DNA of 34,771 nucleotides from Sphacelaria rigidula. Lineage: Eukaryota. Positions 10,185 to 20,818 of this stretch are shown in pieces. Under the pieces are notes generated by a model. The model searched no databases, was not told the DNA's origin, and saw only the letters and a list, made by a program, of their open reading frames with translations. The stretch spans positions 1 to 34,771 of the forward strand of contig CAXNAA020000024.1 of the NCBI GenBank assembly GCA_964200075.2, read 5' to 3'. A program made the position numbers and the translations under genes. The first letter of the stretch is position 1; each line of letters opens with the position of its first letter.

Positions 10185-12145
10185 ATGTCTTCCGAATCAA
10201 CGGCGGCGTGGGGTCATTGTGGTTGGTCTATGTTGGACTCTGGCTCACATTTCATTAGTCTGCCGGTGGAGATGGTTGAGATGCTGGAGCGACAACTCCC
10301 GGATGTATCGCTGAGCATCCCGTTTTCGCTCGGGGCGCGGCAAGCAGTCACCGCGTCAGGTCAGTATGTTTCAGTCACGGAGCGTACTGTTCCGTTGCAG
10401 CTAGCCTTCAAGACTGCTTGGGGACTGGCGCCATTGCCTGCGATCTCGTTTTCGATTATGCCAGGGTCGGATGGCGTTGTTCTTCTGGGGCTGCCGACGC
10501 CACAGGATCTAAGAATCGACCCGTATGAGCGGTTGAAGAACTCCATCATGACGCGGATGTCTCCACCTGATCCGCACGTGGAGACGCCCGCCTTTTGGGG
10601 CAGTCGTCGCGTGAGCTTGTTGGTGGATGCTTTCCAGGAGACTGGGGGGCAGGTGACCGAGGAGCGGGATGCGGCAGTGGAACGCTTAGTAGAGCGCGGC
10701 CCGGGTATGTTCATGGACCCGGCGGAAAAGGAGTCATCTCGGAAGGTCGCGCTGGAGGAGAGCGTGACGGATGCTGTGGCGAAAGGCCTCAGCGTCCCCA
10801 CAGCGGAACGCCTGCGCGGCATCTTGCATCGCCGCGTCAACGCATTTCGTCGTGCTCTGCGTGGTGATCCCCCTGCGCGCGTGGAGCCCATGCGCGTTCA
10901 GCTAATACGTAGGGCGTCCGCGGCGAAGCCGAAGCCGCGGCTGTACGATCCAGTGAAGTAGAGTTGGTTGGCGTTGTGCATGGCGGCTTTTTTGGCGCTC
11001 GGGTTGGTGTTTCGGAATTTGCAGGCGGTATGGTCTAGTCCAGATATGGCGTTTCCGAAGAAGGCTGCATCGTGGATGGAGGGCAGGCTGCAGGCGTGGG
11101 CGGCAGCGAAGGATCTGGCGGCTCATGCCGTGATGCTGCTCCATTTTCGTCCTGATTGTCAGGTGTCAATGTTTTCGGATGAATTTGAGTGCCATTGGGG
11201 TAGTTTGGTCATGCAGGTGCCTACAGTTGAAATTCAAATGCCTTTGCGCGCTGTAGCTGTGTATAGTCCGTGTGAACATGATGACTCGTTGCCGTTCAAA
11301 TCTGTCGTATGCCAAGCGCAACAGAAAGACCTTGGGGCCGCAGATGCGGATATGCAATCTTCCGAGTGGGACGTCGGTACTGCCATCTGGGACAATGCAG
11401 GTCTGTTTTGTGTGCATGTGCGTGGCCGAAACGTTTTGTGGATTCTGAGTTCTGACAAGCAGTTGCAGGTATGTCTGATGATTTGCGCGCACATGTGCGA
11501 CGGGCATCGTGGTGTGGCTGCGACGCTCGTGCGCTTGTAAGAGTTTTGTGTCTGGCAGGGAATAGGACTCATGTGCGCGAATTTGTCCACCAGTGTCTTC
11601 GCTGTGCTGACTCGAGGGCGGGCGATGTTGTTCCCCGCCCGCTCGGCGAAACGGTCCATGGAACCACGCCGAATGAAGTCGTTCACTTTGACTTCTTGTA
11701 CGTGGGTGAGAGTGGCCCGCTAGCTTCCCAAGGTTTGTCGGAGGATACGAGGTTTCGATATCTTTTGGCAATCATGGATGATTTGAGTAACTTTGTGGCT
11801 CTGGAATCAGTAGCAGCGTGTACTGCTGAATCGACTGCGACGTCTTTGGTGAACTGGTGCAAAACTTTGGGGGTGCCCCGTGTGTGGGTGAGTGATATCG
11901 ACACGCATTTCTATAATGCGATTTTGGCACGATTGCGAAAGGCTTTGCGCGTTGATAACCAGTTTGCGGTAGCTTATTCTTCGTCGCCCAACAGAACGTG
12001 CGAACGCATGGTCAAGGAAGTAGTTTGTGCTCTTCGCCCTGTTCTTCTCGAGCAGAGTAGAGCGGTTTCCGAGTGGGTGGGCGTGTTGCCGCCGGTGGAA
12101 TGGGCGCTCAATACAGTGTATCGGCGTCGTTATGATTGTACGCCG
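10185..12145 (+). pseudogene. pol: gypsy pol remnant: aspartic protease, RT N-terminus, RT/RNase H junction, integrase
   Basis: LDSGS protease motif; WSSP..FPKK RT start; MFSD..HWG RNase H start; HHCC (AH..GHRG..CLRC); HFDF, IMDDLS, VSD..THF and N..CERM integrase core. Confidence 0.92.
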
Positions 12146-12244
12146 ATAGTGGGATTCAGTTGTGACTTGCTCACTCGTTTTGGCGTTATGTTTCTTAGTG
12201 TCAAGCTTGTTGCTCGATTCTCGTCCAACATGCTTTGGGGGTGC

Positions 12245-12485
12245 TGTGACGAAATCACGCCGGCACGTTGAGTATATAGTGGATCCTGGATGATGACCAG
12301 GGGACAAGGGCATCCTGTGCATGATGACCCTTGCTGTGTAGCCCATGCCTGACGGTACCGGTTGCAGCTGTTTACTCCTGACTAATGGAATGCAGTAGAG
12401 GCTGACAACTGAAACTGAGGCCAGTAAGACTGGGGAGTCCCTCAAAAGCAGTGATCCAACAGTGCTTCCACTGGCTGGCGTCACA
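12245..12485 (+). repeat. 3' LTR of gypsy B
   Basis: Direct repeat of 7649-7889, preceded by TTTGGGGGTGC. Confidence 0.97.
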
Positions 12486-12489
12486 CTAC

Positions 12490-15400
12490 TATTTTTTCCC
12501 GATCTCCCCTTGAACACCTTCCCTGCCCTGCGTTGCTAACGAGCCAACCCCTCACGGGAGAGACAAGTGACTGCTTCTCCCCCCAGGCTGATGCACGTCT
12601 GACGAGGCCAACCCCGCGACGACGCAAGAAGTGACGTACGAGACTCCGCGTTGGGGGCCAAAGCAATTATTGTAGTGCATACCACTGGATGGAGAAGCAG
12701 TGCCGGGAAGCGGTCAAAAACGCTGGGCAAATCACGTAGTTGGTATTGCGACATGAGGTATTTTCGATTTGATTTTGAATTTTATTTTTATTTTAGGATC
12801 TCGAATTGAATTTTGGACTTGTCTTTGGATTTGAGTATTTGAGTATTTGAGTATTTGATTTTTGATTTTTTGGATTCGATTCTTTGGTATCGAAATTCTG
12901 ATTTTGGGTATGTGAATAATTTTTTTTACTTGGTAGATCATTTCGTTTTCCGGTTCGTTCCTTCAAAATAATTTCTGCTTCCAGTGTTACATTTTGAGGG
13001 CGTACGAAGTTTCGTCGTGTTCTGCATTGCTTTCGGGTAGGATGGATGAGGTGCATGCGTATGCCCCCAACTCCTCGATGCGCCCCACTGATGCCGTCGA
13101 TATCGCTCGTCAGTGGGGGGGGCAGGTATCAACTCCGTCGACGACGTCGCTGACAATGTCGAAAACAAATCAGCACTCCCTCCTATGCTAGCTCCTTCAG
13201 ATCCACCGAGACCGACCTGCATCGACCGTTACCCCTCACATCCACCGTCTCCATGAGGTTCCGTCGCCCGCACGCCGACGCTCCCGTTTACGCCGGCGTG
13301 TACGACCTATACCACGCTACCCGCCCCAAAACGAACTCGCCATCCGAACCAAGACAATTCCACTCACCATCTCCTACAATTCCCACCATGCGATGGCTGC
13401 CGCCGTTCCCCGCCACCATCATTCATTGCCTATCGACAAATACCACTTCTACTCGCTACGCCGACAACGATGCTGTCTCGAGAATCACACCGCATTATAA
13501 AACCTTCGCCGCACCATGGCCGCTGCCGTCCACCGTTAACACCGCGTCGCGGCCACCTTCCACGACTTTCCACAGTGCCGCCGCCTCCCAGTGACTGCAC
13601 AATTTCCCACTATTCCCTCCACAACTGAACGCCGAATTCGAAGCCTTTCTAACCGACAACACTGACACAACTCTAGTCATCATCGGAGCTGGGTGGCGCG
13701 GGGGGGAAGGCGTGCAAAAGGATATTGGAGCTGGGGGATCCCACCGTGCAATGATGGATTGAAAACAGTAGTAGGCGTATGTTTTGTTTGTTTTGAGTAG
13801 TATGTGTTTGTTATCGGGTCTGAACATGGAATGGAGTTTTGTAATGTGTAGGGTGATTAAAGGAGTAATCCTCAAGAGATTCGTCGACTACCGCACTGGT
13901 ATGGTGTTTTGTTTGATGTGATGGTGAAGTTGGAGGCAAGATTACCGTTGCTGTCCAAGGTACGGAAATGAAGTTGATGTTTGTTCACAGGGTTAATAAA
14001 GTCGGAAGCAAGATTTTCGGGACCATTTCCGATAAATAGTGAAAGTGGACTGATTATCGTCGATGATCGATTTGGTAAGATATTGAGGTTGGACGCAGAA
14101 TTTTCGAGATTGTTTTCATTTGTTTTGGGAATGTGAGTGATTCTTTGTGGACACTTTTCCGCAGATAGTCCATGAGGATTGAGTTGAGAGATATGTGCCA
14201 ACACTGAGTACATGATTAATGCAGTTGGTGTAGAGGTAACCTCAGGGAGGCGATGTTGTGTGAACTGAATATTGCTTCCGATTTTCTGAATGCCGAAACG
14301 CGTGTTGTATGTCACGGGGAGTCAGAGTATACTAACATCGTTGATGAAGTCGAGGAAGAGTTATTTTTGACGGAAGGCTGCACGGGTGACCATTGGGATG
14401 CCTGCAACCTCAAAATTGGACGTTTCAGACCTTGTGCAATGTCTGTAACGTCCAAATTTGAGGTTGCAGGCATCCCAGTGGCCACCCGTGTGACGTTTGA
14501 TACTACCCCAGCATGAATTTTATTTGAGTCCGAATCGAAACTTGGATTGTCACGGCAGTACTATCACGGTAAGATCGAGGAAGCTAAGCTGCTTTGCATG
14601 GGTTATATAATGATTATCCTTGATGGGATGTCGGTGGGCGTACTCATTTGTTGCTTGCCTTAGTCGTTTGACCATTGACCACGCCTCCCTTTCGGGACGG
14701 ATTGTCGGGGGGGCGAGATGTTGAACCTGAATGAAGATTGATGATCATGGTATGAGATTGTAGTTATCGGAGCAAGAAAATCAAAATATAAGATGCAATA
14801 CGGGGGTTCAGTGTTCGAACGTTGAATTTCTCTTTGTTGTAGGCGAATTATAGAAACTTGTGTGGGGTAGGAAGGTTATTCGCATGTTGGGTTCACGCCT
14901 TCCTCTTTATCTCCAGATAGTAAGGCTTGGGTATATATGTGTGACTTTGTGGAGTAGTTCTCAGTATATGAGCGATATCATCCTATGTCATTGCATTTTC
15001 GAGATCACGACTGCGCCGTAACCAGGGGGGCTGATCGAATATGCATACACTCAGTCGCGAGGATAATGATGGCATGTAGGATACTGCGTGCATGTTGGAT
15101 TGCGTGATATGGTACAAGGATTATGTGGACGGAATAAAACAGCGTTTTCGTGAGAATGAGAGTAGAGCGCTGATTGAGAGTGGCTTTGATCCTTCGCTTT
15201 CACGAGGCCAATTTTTCATTCTCTGTGTGGTTTTCTTTGCCTCCATCACTGGCGTGTGCTTACAGCTAAACGTCGGTACCCTACTCGTGGATATCGAGGT
15301 CTGTTTTTAGCTTCACTATGCACTAGCGGCTTTCCATATGAAATTTCATAGCACAACTGTCGAAAACTGAGACGCGATATCGCTTTTAGTATGGAGCCTA

Positions 15401-16750
15401 ATGTGCGCCATATCTCGAGATAGATGACGAATTAGGTGAACGTGAGGATATCTATCGTCTTCCAGTGCTCCAAGGAATGTCCAGACTGTATCAAGGGCCT
15501 CAGTGGCAAGCTACCACAGAAAGAATATCGGGCCTCGTGGAGGGGCATTTTGGAACTGAAATGATTCAGTCACTAATTGACCGCTTTTCACCCTCAATCG
15601 TATCCTCTACCCTCAATCTCACGAAAATATTGTTATGATCGGAATGTGGGGGTGTCGGAGTATTCCGTGTAAGACGCGTTTCATCGGATTGTTGTGTTGG
15701 ATGACGCTTTCCTGTTGTTTTTCCGTGGTGTGGCAAGCACATGCCACCCACCCGAATTCGGTTGTGGTTATTGTTCTCCGCTTGTTCTTCTGTTCTTTAG
15801 TTGTCCATACTCTGTATCGGTTTCATGTGAGTCTACATGGGTTACGGTGTGAGGTGATGTGGTGAATGATAATGGAGAGATGATGGAGAAAAGGTTATAA
15901 CCGCCACCGATGCACCTAGCTTATTCTCACGCCCTGCAAATGATAGCTGGTTTCAGACTTCATGGAGTCCCTCATACTAATGGCATTGGCGGAGACGATC
16001 CCAGGCATGAGTGTTCCCAGCCACTCAATGTGCTCAGTTTTTGTCATGTTGATGTACATGTAGTTTTTGCGTCGTCTTTCTGGAGGGGGGCTATCGCGGC
16101 ATCATCACTCGCCATTCGAGTTTGTGCCGTGCGGTGGATTGGACGGCGGCTGTGGGAGGCCGATAGTGATCAAATAGAGGTGCACTTCAATTTGAGGGAC
16201 AGTGTACGACAACGTAGGGTACAAGATAAAGTCAGTCGATATCGTGCGTATACCTATGCCGTTGTCGGACAAAGGGTGCTCTGCGAGGTCCTCGTTCCCG
16301 CGGGGCTGTTCGGCCCTGAATCGCATATTTTTCCACGACAGTCGACGCAAATGTTCTGCATGGGCTGTGGGCGCCTTGCCTTGGCGTCGATGTTGAATTT
16401 TGAGTGGTTTGGACCTAGCACGGAAACGCTATCAACTTGCGCGTTTACCTGTACGTACTCTTGGGCTGACAAATAGGTGATGATGTACCCACATTTGTCT
16501 TTGACCCATATTCATGTACCCCTGGTGATATCGAGCATACGGCACACAACCCTTTTCACGACAGCCTGCTGGCGATGGAGACGACAAGGGAAACAAAGAT
16601 GATATCCCCGTAAAAGACCGACCGGCAGGATGGTACTCGGAAGTTAACTTGGAAACTGCACGAGCCCGGTGTCAACTTCATTCCGTATATTTTTGTGGTA
16701 ATCCTTAAGTATGTACAGCCTGTTGAATAACGTATTGCAACCAGAGTAGC
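12490..16750. mobile_element. highly degenerate LTR-retrotransposon-like element with a probable internal inversion
   Basis: LTR-like segment ending TCACG (~12737), TGGTATTGCGACATG PBS-like motif, T-rich leader, then long strand-skewed, stop-riddled coding-like sequence. No diagnostic domain recognised; boundaries are approximate. Confidence 0.4.
14381..14490. mobile_element. 110-bp fold-back MITE with CAC...GTG ends and 2-bp TSD TG (CMC/EnSpm-like)
   Basis: 50-bp arms with 4 mismatches and a 10-nt loop; TG at 14379-14380 and 14491-14492. Confidence 0.85.
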
Positions 16751-17093
16751 AAGAACGATGTCACACGCGCAAGCGAGAAATCGGATCAGGTACTATCACA
16801 AACACAGGGATGCAGATTCTCCCACCCTCCGCAATTCCTTCGCTTTCCTCTCCCTGCTTGCTTTCCTCTTTCCCAAGCACCCTTCTACTCGGCAAGCAAG
16901 CGCGAAATAAATATTTCCCAGAGTAGTAATGGGGACGTATGACTGCAACAAAACAAAAGATGATTATGCCTCCATTGTTGCTTCTCTTTTCTACATGAAA
17001 ACAAATCATTTCCGGCCATCATCGGAGAGCTGCAATACCCACGAAAAATCGTTTACCGCGCATTGTCAACACTCGGAAAGCTAGCCATCACAA

Positions 17094-17294
17094 CGGTAAT
17101 GCGTGGGAGGACCGCGTGCTTACGAGACCGCATTGTAGTTCAAACGACGTTTTTAAAAACCAGACGGGCCAGTCCCTGCAGAGATCACCCCCCTGACGCT
17201 AACCCCAACCCTAACCCTAGCCATAACCATAACCATAGGGGTGTTCAAACCCCGATGCGATCCCCTAAGCACGCGGTCCTTTCACGCATTACGA
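17094..17294. mobile_element. MITE with ~27-bp TIRs, same family as 31236-31421
   Basis: GTAATGCGTGGGAGGACCGCGTGCTTA ... TAAGCACGCGGTCCTTTCACGCATTAC; internal GGGCCAGTCCCTGCAG shared with the second copy; internal CCCTAA-like run. Confidence 0.88.
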
Positions 17295-17341
17295 CACCAA
17301 CCAATCATCGTAGTAGCATTATTTTCCCTGCATATGTAATC

Positions 17342-17700
17342 GGTTGGTTGATTCATTTGCTTGATTGGCTGCTTTCCCACATCAACTAATCCTCGAGGGG
17401 TCGAGCCGTGGTCACAAGAGAGACGTACCCACGAACAACACGACGGTACTCCTCGGCAGAGGAACGTCAAGAAGGGGACACGGCAAAGAATAAAATTCAG
17501 ACTCAATGGAATAATGACGGGAATGATTGAGCAAAATAGCCTGAAAAAGAGAAAAAGGGAAATGAAATGGAATAAAATGGAAGGGGGAGAGAAGAAGAGA
17601 AGAATGAAGAGGGGGCGTTGAAGACCTGCGTCTCGGATCGTGTCATGAACGTGGACCTATCGGAGTCGGCCTGAAAGCGAGCCCATTCTGGAGGGCCATG
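17342..17700 (-). mobile_element. 5'-truncated LINE 3' end (3' UTR plus CAAT-type tail)
   Basis: Degenerate (TTGA)n tail and GGGGTCGAGCCGTGGTC motif resemble the LINE end at 17824-17890; pyrimidine-rich UTR on the minus strand. Confidence 0.55.
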
Positions 17701-17823
17701 GATATTGAGACATATAATGAAACTGCCGCAAATCACAGACGCACTATCCTTTTTCGACGCCGGTTACCCTTCGGACGTACTTCAGCTCTTACCCGACCAA
17801 CGACTTCAAGCCGTCATCTGATC

Positions 17824-19097
17824 GATTGGTTGATTGATTGTCGTACTTTAACTGGCCCCCGTGGGGTCCAGCCGTTGTCTCATGATAGAGGTACAGAATA
17901 AAAACGGAACTAAAACACGCTCTGAAGAAAAGAAGGAACAGGGGGGGGAAAAAGTCGAACAGAACAAGGTAGCAAACCAAGTCGTAACAATAAAAAGTAA
18001 TAAAAAAGTCAACGCAAGCAAAGCACAGAAAGAAATGACCGATCTACTAAAACAAGAAAGAGAATCAGATAAGAGGAAAATCAAGAGCAAATTAAGTAAA
18101 TTGCAATAAAGCGATGAAAAAAGGAACAGGCCCAAGGGATTCAGGGCAGCAGAGTAGATACAGATGCACACCAGTGGACACCGCAGAGCCACCGACGAAG
18201 CACATAATCAACAATCGATATGAGAGGACAGGATTCTCCGATTGGCAGCCCTCGACGCAGCAGCCTCTCGCTTGTGACGGCGGTCTGATTCTCGCTTGTC
18301 CGCGCGTTGCCACGTGCCCTCACACTCGTTCGCCCCCTTTTCGACTCCAATATGCCATTTGCCTATGATCTTCGCCGCAGTGACCCAATCGTATGCATCG
18401 TTGACCTCTACACCGTAGACGAACCACTTTCATCGGGCTCCTTTGTCCGGGACAGCCCCTAGCGCACGCAGGCTCTCCTTAAGGGTATTCTCCCATTTCT
18501 TTGGGGTGCGGCCGACCTCCTTGTATCCTCGTGTGGAAAGCCGACCGTTCATGACACGCTTGGGAAGGCGTGTGTCCTTCTGCCGGACAAGGGCTCCCGC
18601 GAACCAGAGTTAACGATTGCGGATAGTCGTCTCGATACTTTCGCAGTTGGTCATCTCGAGCACCGCTCTGTACGAAAGAGTCTTGTAGCTACTTCGATCG
18701 TTTCTGCGGAATCTAGCTACTCGCAGGAAGAGCTTATGATGGGGAATGCGCAAACTGTCTAAGTTCTCAGAACGTAGCGTCCATGTGGCATACCCATACA
18801 GCAGAGCTTTTACCACCTCCGCTTTGAGCAGTCGAACTTTCAAGGATAGCTCGGCGTTGGGTCGGTCGTACAGTTGGGAGCTATATTTACGGATACGCGC
18901 CCACGCCGCGCTGGTACGGCGGTTGATTTCGATGAGCATTTCGCACCCGCGCTGATAGCTCCACCAAGGTAGATGAACTTCCCCGTCTGCTCATGCCGTT
19001 GACCAGCAGCTTTGATATCCAGGGTGGCCTCCGTAAGACTGGGTACTGACCAAAGGCACATAGCCTCTGCCTTGTTCTCGGAGACCACCATGCCTCA
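17824..19097 (-). mobile_element. 5'-truncated non-LTR retrotransposon (RTE-like LINE)
   Basis: RT C-terminal coding region, T-rich 3' UTR and (CAAT)n-like tail at 17824-17840. Confidence 0.88.
18243..19095 (-). pseudogene. LINE reverse transcriptase C-terminal part, frameshifted
   Basis: GMVVSENK, KFIYLG, EINRR..AAW, LKVRLL...LLYG..TW, LWFAG...RLPKRVM.G...GR.PKKW motifs typical of RTE-type RTs. Confidence 0.92.
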
Positions 19098-19099
19098 GC

Positions 19100-19559
19100 T
19101 GTGAGCAGACTCAGGTGCGCATTTGCGGCAACGTTTTATGGCACGTTGCCGTGCATGACAGTCGATTCATCCAAGACCCCAAGGGAACGTACGGGGGCCA
19201 ACTTCCTTCAAACTCCCGTTGCTAATATCTAGGGGGAAACCTCCCGGGCGCTGACCGACCATGGAGGGGGCAGCGCGGACCAACAAGCGGCGATCTTAAC
19301 CTAATCCACGAGTAGCAGGGTAGGCTCACGGGAGAGAACACGCGGACGAATCGCTGCGACCTCCAAGCATCGACCTCCTAGCTGGGCATGATACAGCGCC
19401 AGGTGCCAAGTCCTACCGCTCACAAAGCTGCGCGGGTACATCGTATACAAGGACAACGCCTTGGTACCACTACAACAGGTAGCCGACGTTCCGCCGACCG
19501 GTAGACCACCGGGCCTGAATACCCCTTTTGTCAGGGGTAGATCTACCCTCGGGATGACA
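19100..19559 (+). repeat. putative unpaired LTR that truncates the LINE
   Basis: TGTGAG...ATGACA starts where LINE homology stops; followed by GGTATTGCGACATG; shares CGTTGCTAA, CTCACGGGAGAG and GGGGGCCAA with 12490-12737. Confidence 0.45.
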
Positions 19560-20648
19560 GCCAGGTATTGCGACATGGCTTGACACGGGTGCGCTGATAG
19601 CCTTAAGAGCTTGGGCTCACGATGTCGCCAGAATCACACCACCACGAGAGTAAGTCCTAACGAAGAGGAGGTTCTTTGGAGAGGGGGTTCCTTGGCATCG
19701 AGCCCTACGTGGCCGCACGACGTCCAGTATGTGGCGTAGCAGACGTCAAAACTCGCCATGTACGCATCTGTCTAAGGGCGGGAGCCCAGGTAGACAAACA
19801 TCAACCGCTGGTCGACGCAATGGTGAGACTCCGCATTCAAGTAGGAGTGAAGCACTACAGTGGAGGACGGTACCCTGTGTACTGAGGAGCGAGACTACCG
19901 GATGGTCGTCGTTGTATTGGCCGGAGAACGCCGTGACGTCACCAACATATACCATGGGGAAGATCGTCTCTAGATGAATATCGCGCACGCGAACCCCCAG
20001 CCGGCGGAAAACGTTCAACGAGGCACCACTAACACCGATGACTCTGCAGCAGCAACGTCTGAAGCACGCCAAAACGCACGCTACGCTTGTCAAGGATACG
20101 TATCCGATAACCAGCGTTGCTCCAAACCACCCATCTTCCCGGAGAAAAGTATTGGGCGCCGTGGGTAGCGCAGGGAGGAACTGCTCGATCAGATTGCTCC
20201 CAGTGTCATCATCAGAAAAGAAGGGGAAGGGATGCGAGCAAAAGGGGTCGAGCAGGTGTGCAAGTTGTTGTTTTGTACACAGCGTTACAAGTCGGGCTGA
20301 ATACCACACCCATTCGGATTGTTTCATGGGACTCGAACAGAAGTCGAACAGCAACGGCAGCCGCGAGAGCGTCTGGGTACGGATTGCATTGGGCGATGTT
20401 TATGCTGTCGCTCTGTTACCGCCATTACGGCTGCGAAGGGCAGATGTTTCTCTGTTTCTCGGCTCCAGCTCCTCTTAGCATCCCGTAGCTCGGTTGAAAT
20501 CGCGGGGTGCAGGTCTTGAATGTTGAGCAATACTGCGGAAATGATATTGATTTTTCGAATCACTAGCCTTGCTGGAATTTCTTGTCTGGGTTTTCGCACC
20601 CTGACTTATTCGGCGACGGAGTCATACAACGAAGAAGAAGTTCCCTCA

Positions 20649-20818
20649 CGGCGGTTATGCTGTGTGCACGAACTGTTGGCAGTTGGTTGTTCAGCATTGT
20701 GGTGTCTCAAAAAAGAATGCTCCAACGGCGGTTCTGCTGTATCCACGAATTGTTGGCAGTGGGTTGTTTGGCGTTTTGGTGTCGCAAAACGGAATTCTCC
20801 AACGGCGGTTCTGTTGGA
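20649..20818. repeat. 77-bp tandem repeat, ~2.2 copies
   Basis: CGGCGGTT at 20649, 20726 and 20803, with the intervening sequence also aligned. Confidence 0.88.

Larger units (their letters stand above)
7649..12485 (+). mobile_element. Ty3/gypsy LTR retrotransposon B, internally deleted, 4-bp TSD CTAC
   Basis: 241-bp LTRs TGTGACG...CGTCACA; CTAC at 7645-7648 and 12486-12489; domain order gag(CCHC)-protease-RT fragment-RNase H fragment-integrase. Confidence 0.96.

Noticed and set aside
15910-16476. 188-aa plus-strand ORF as a host gene
   Set aside because: No recognisable motif; it lies in the segment inferred to be inverted, where the opposite strand looks coding.
17199-17237. True telomere or chromosome-fusion scar
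   Set aside because: Only about 6 degenerate units, enclosed by MITE TIRs.
19746-20354. 202-aa minus-strand ORF
   Set aside because: No diagnostic motif and it appears to span unrelated fragments; at most a weak gag-like stretch.
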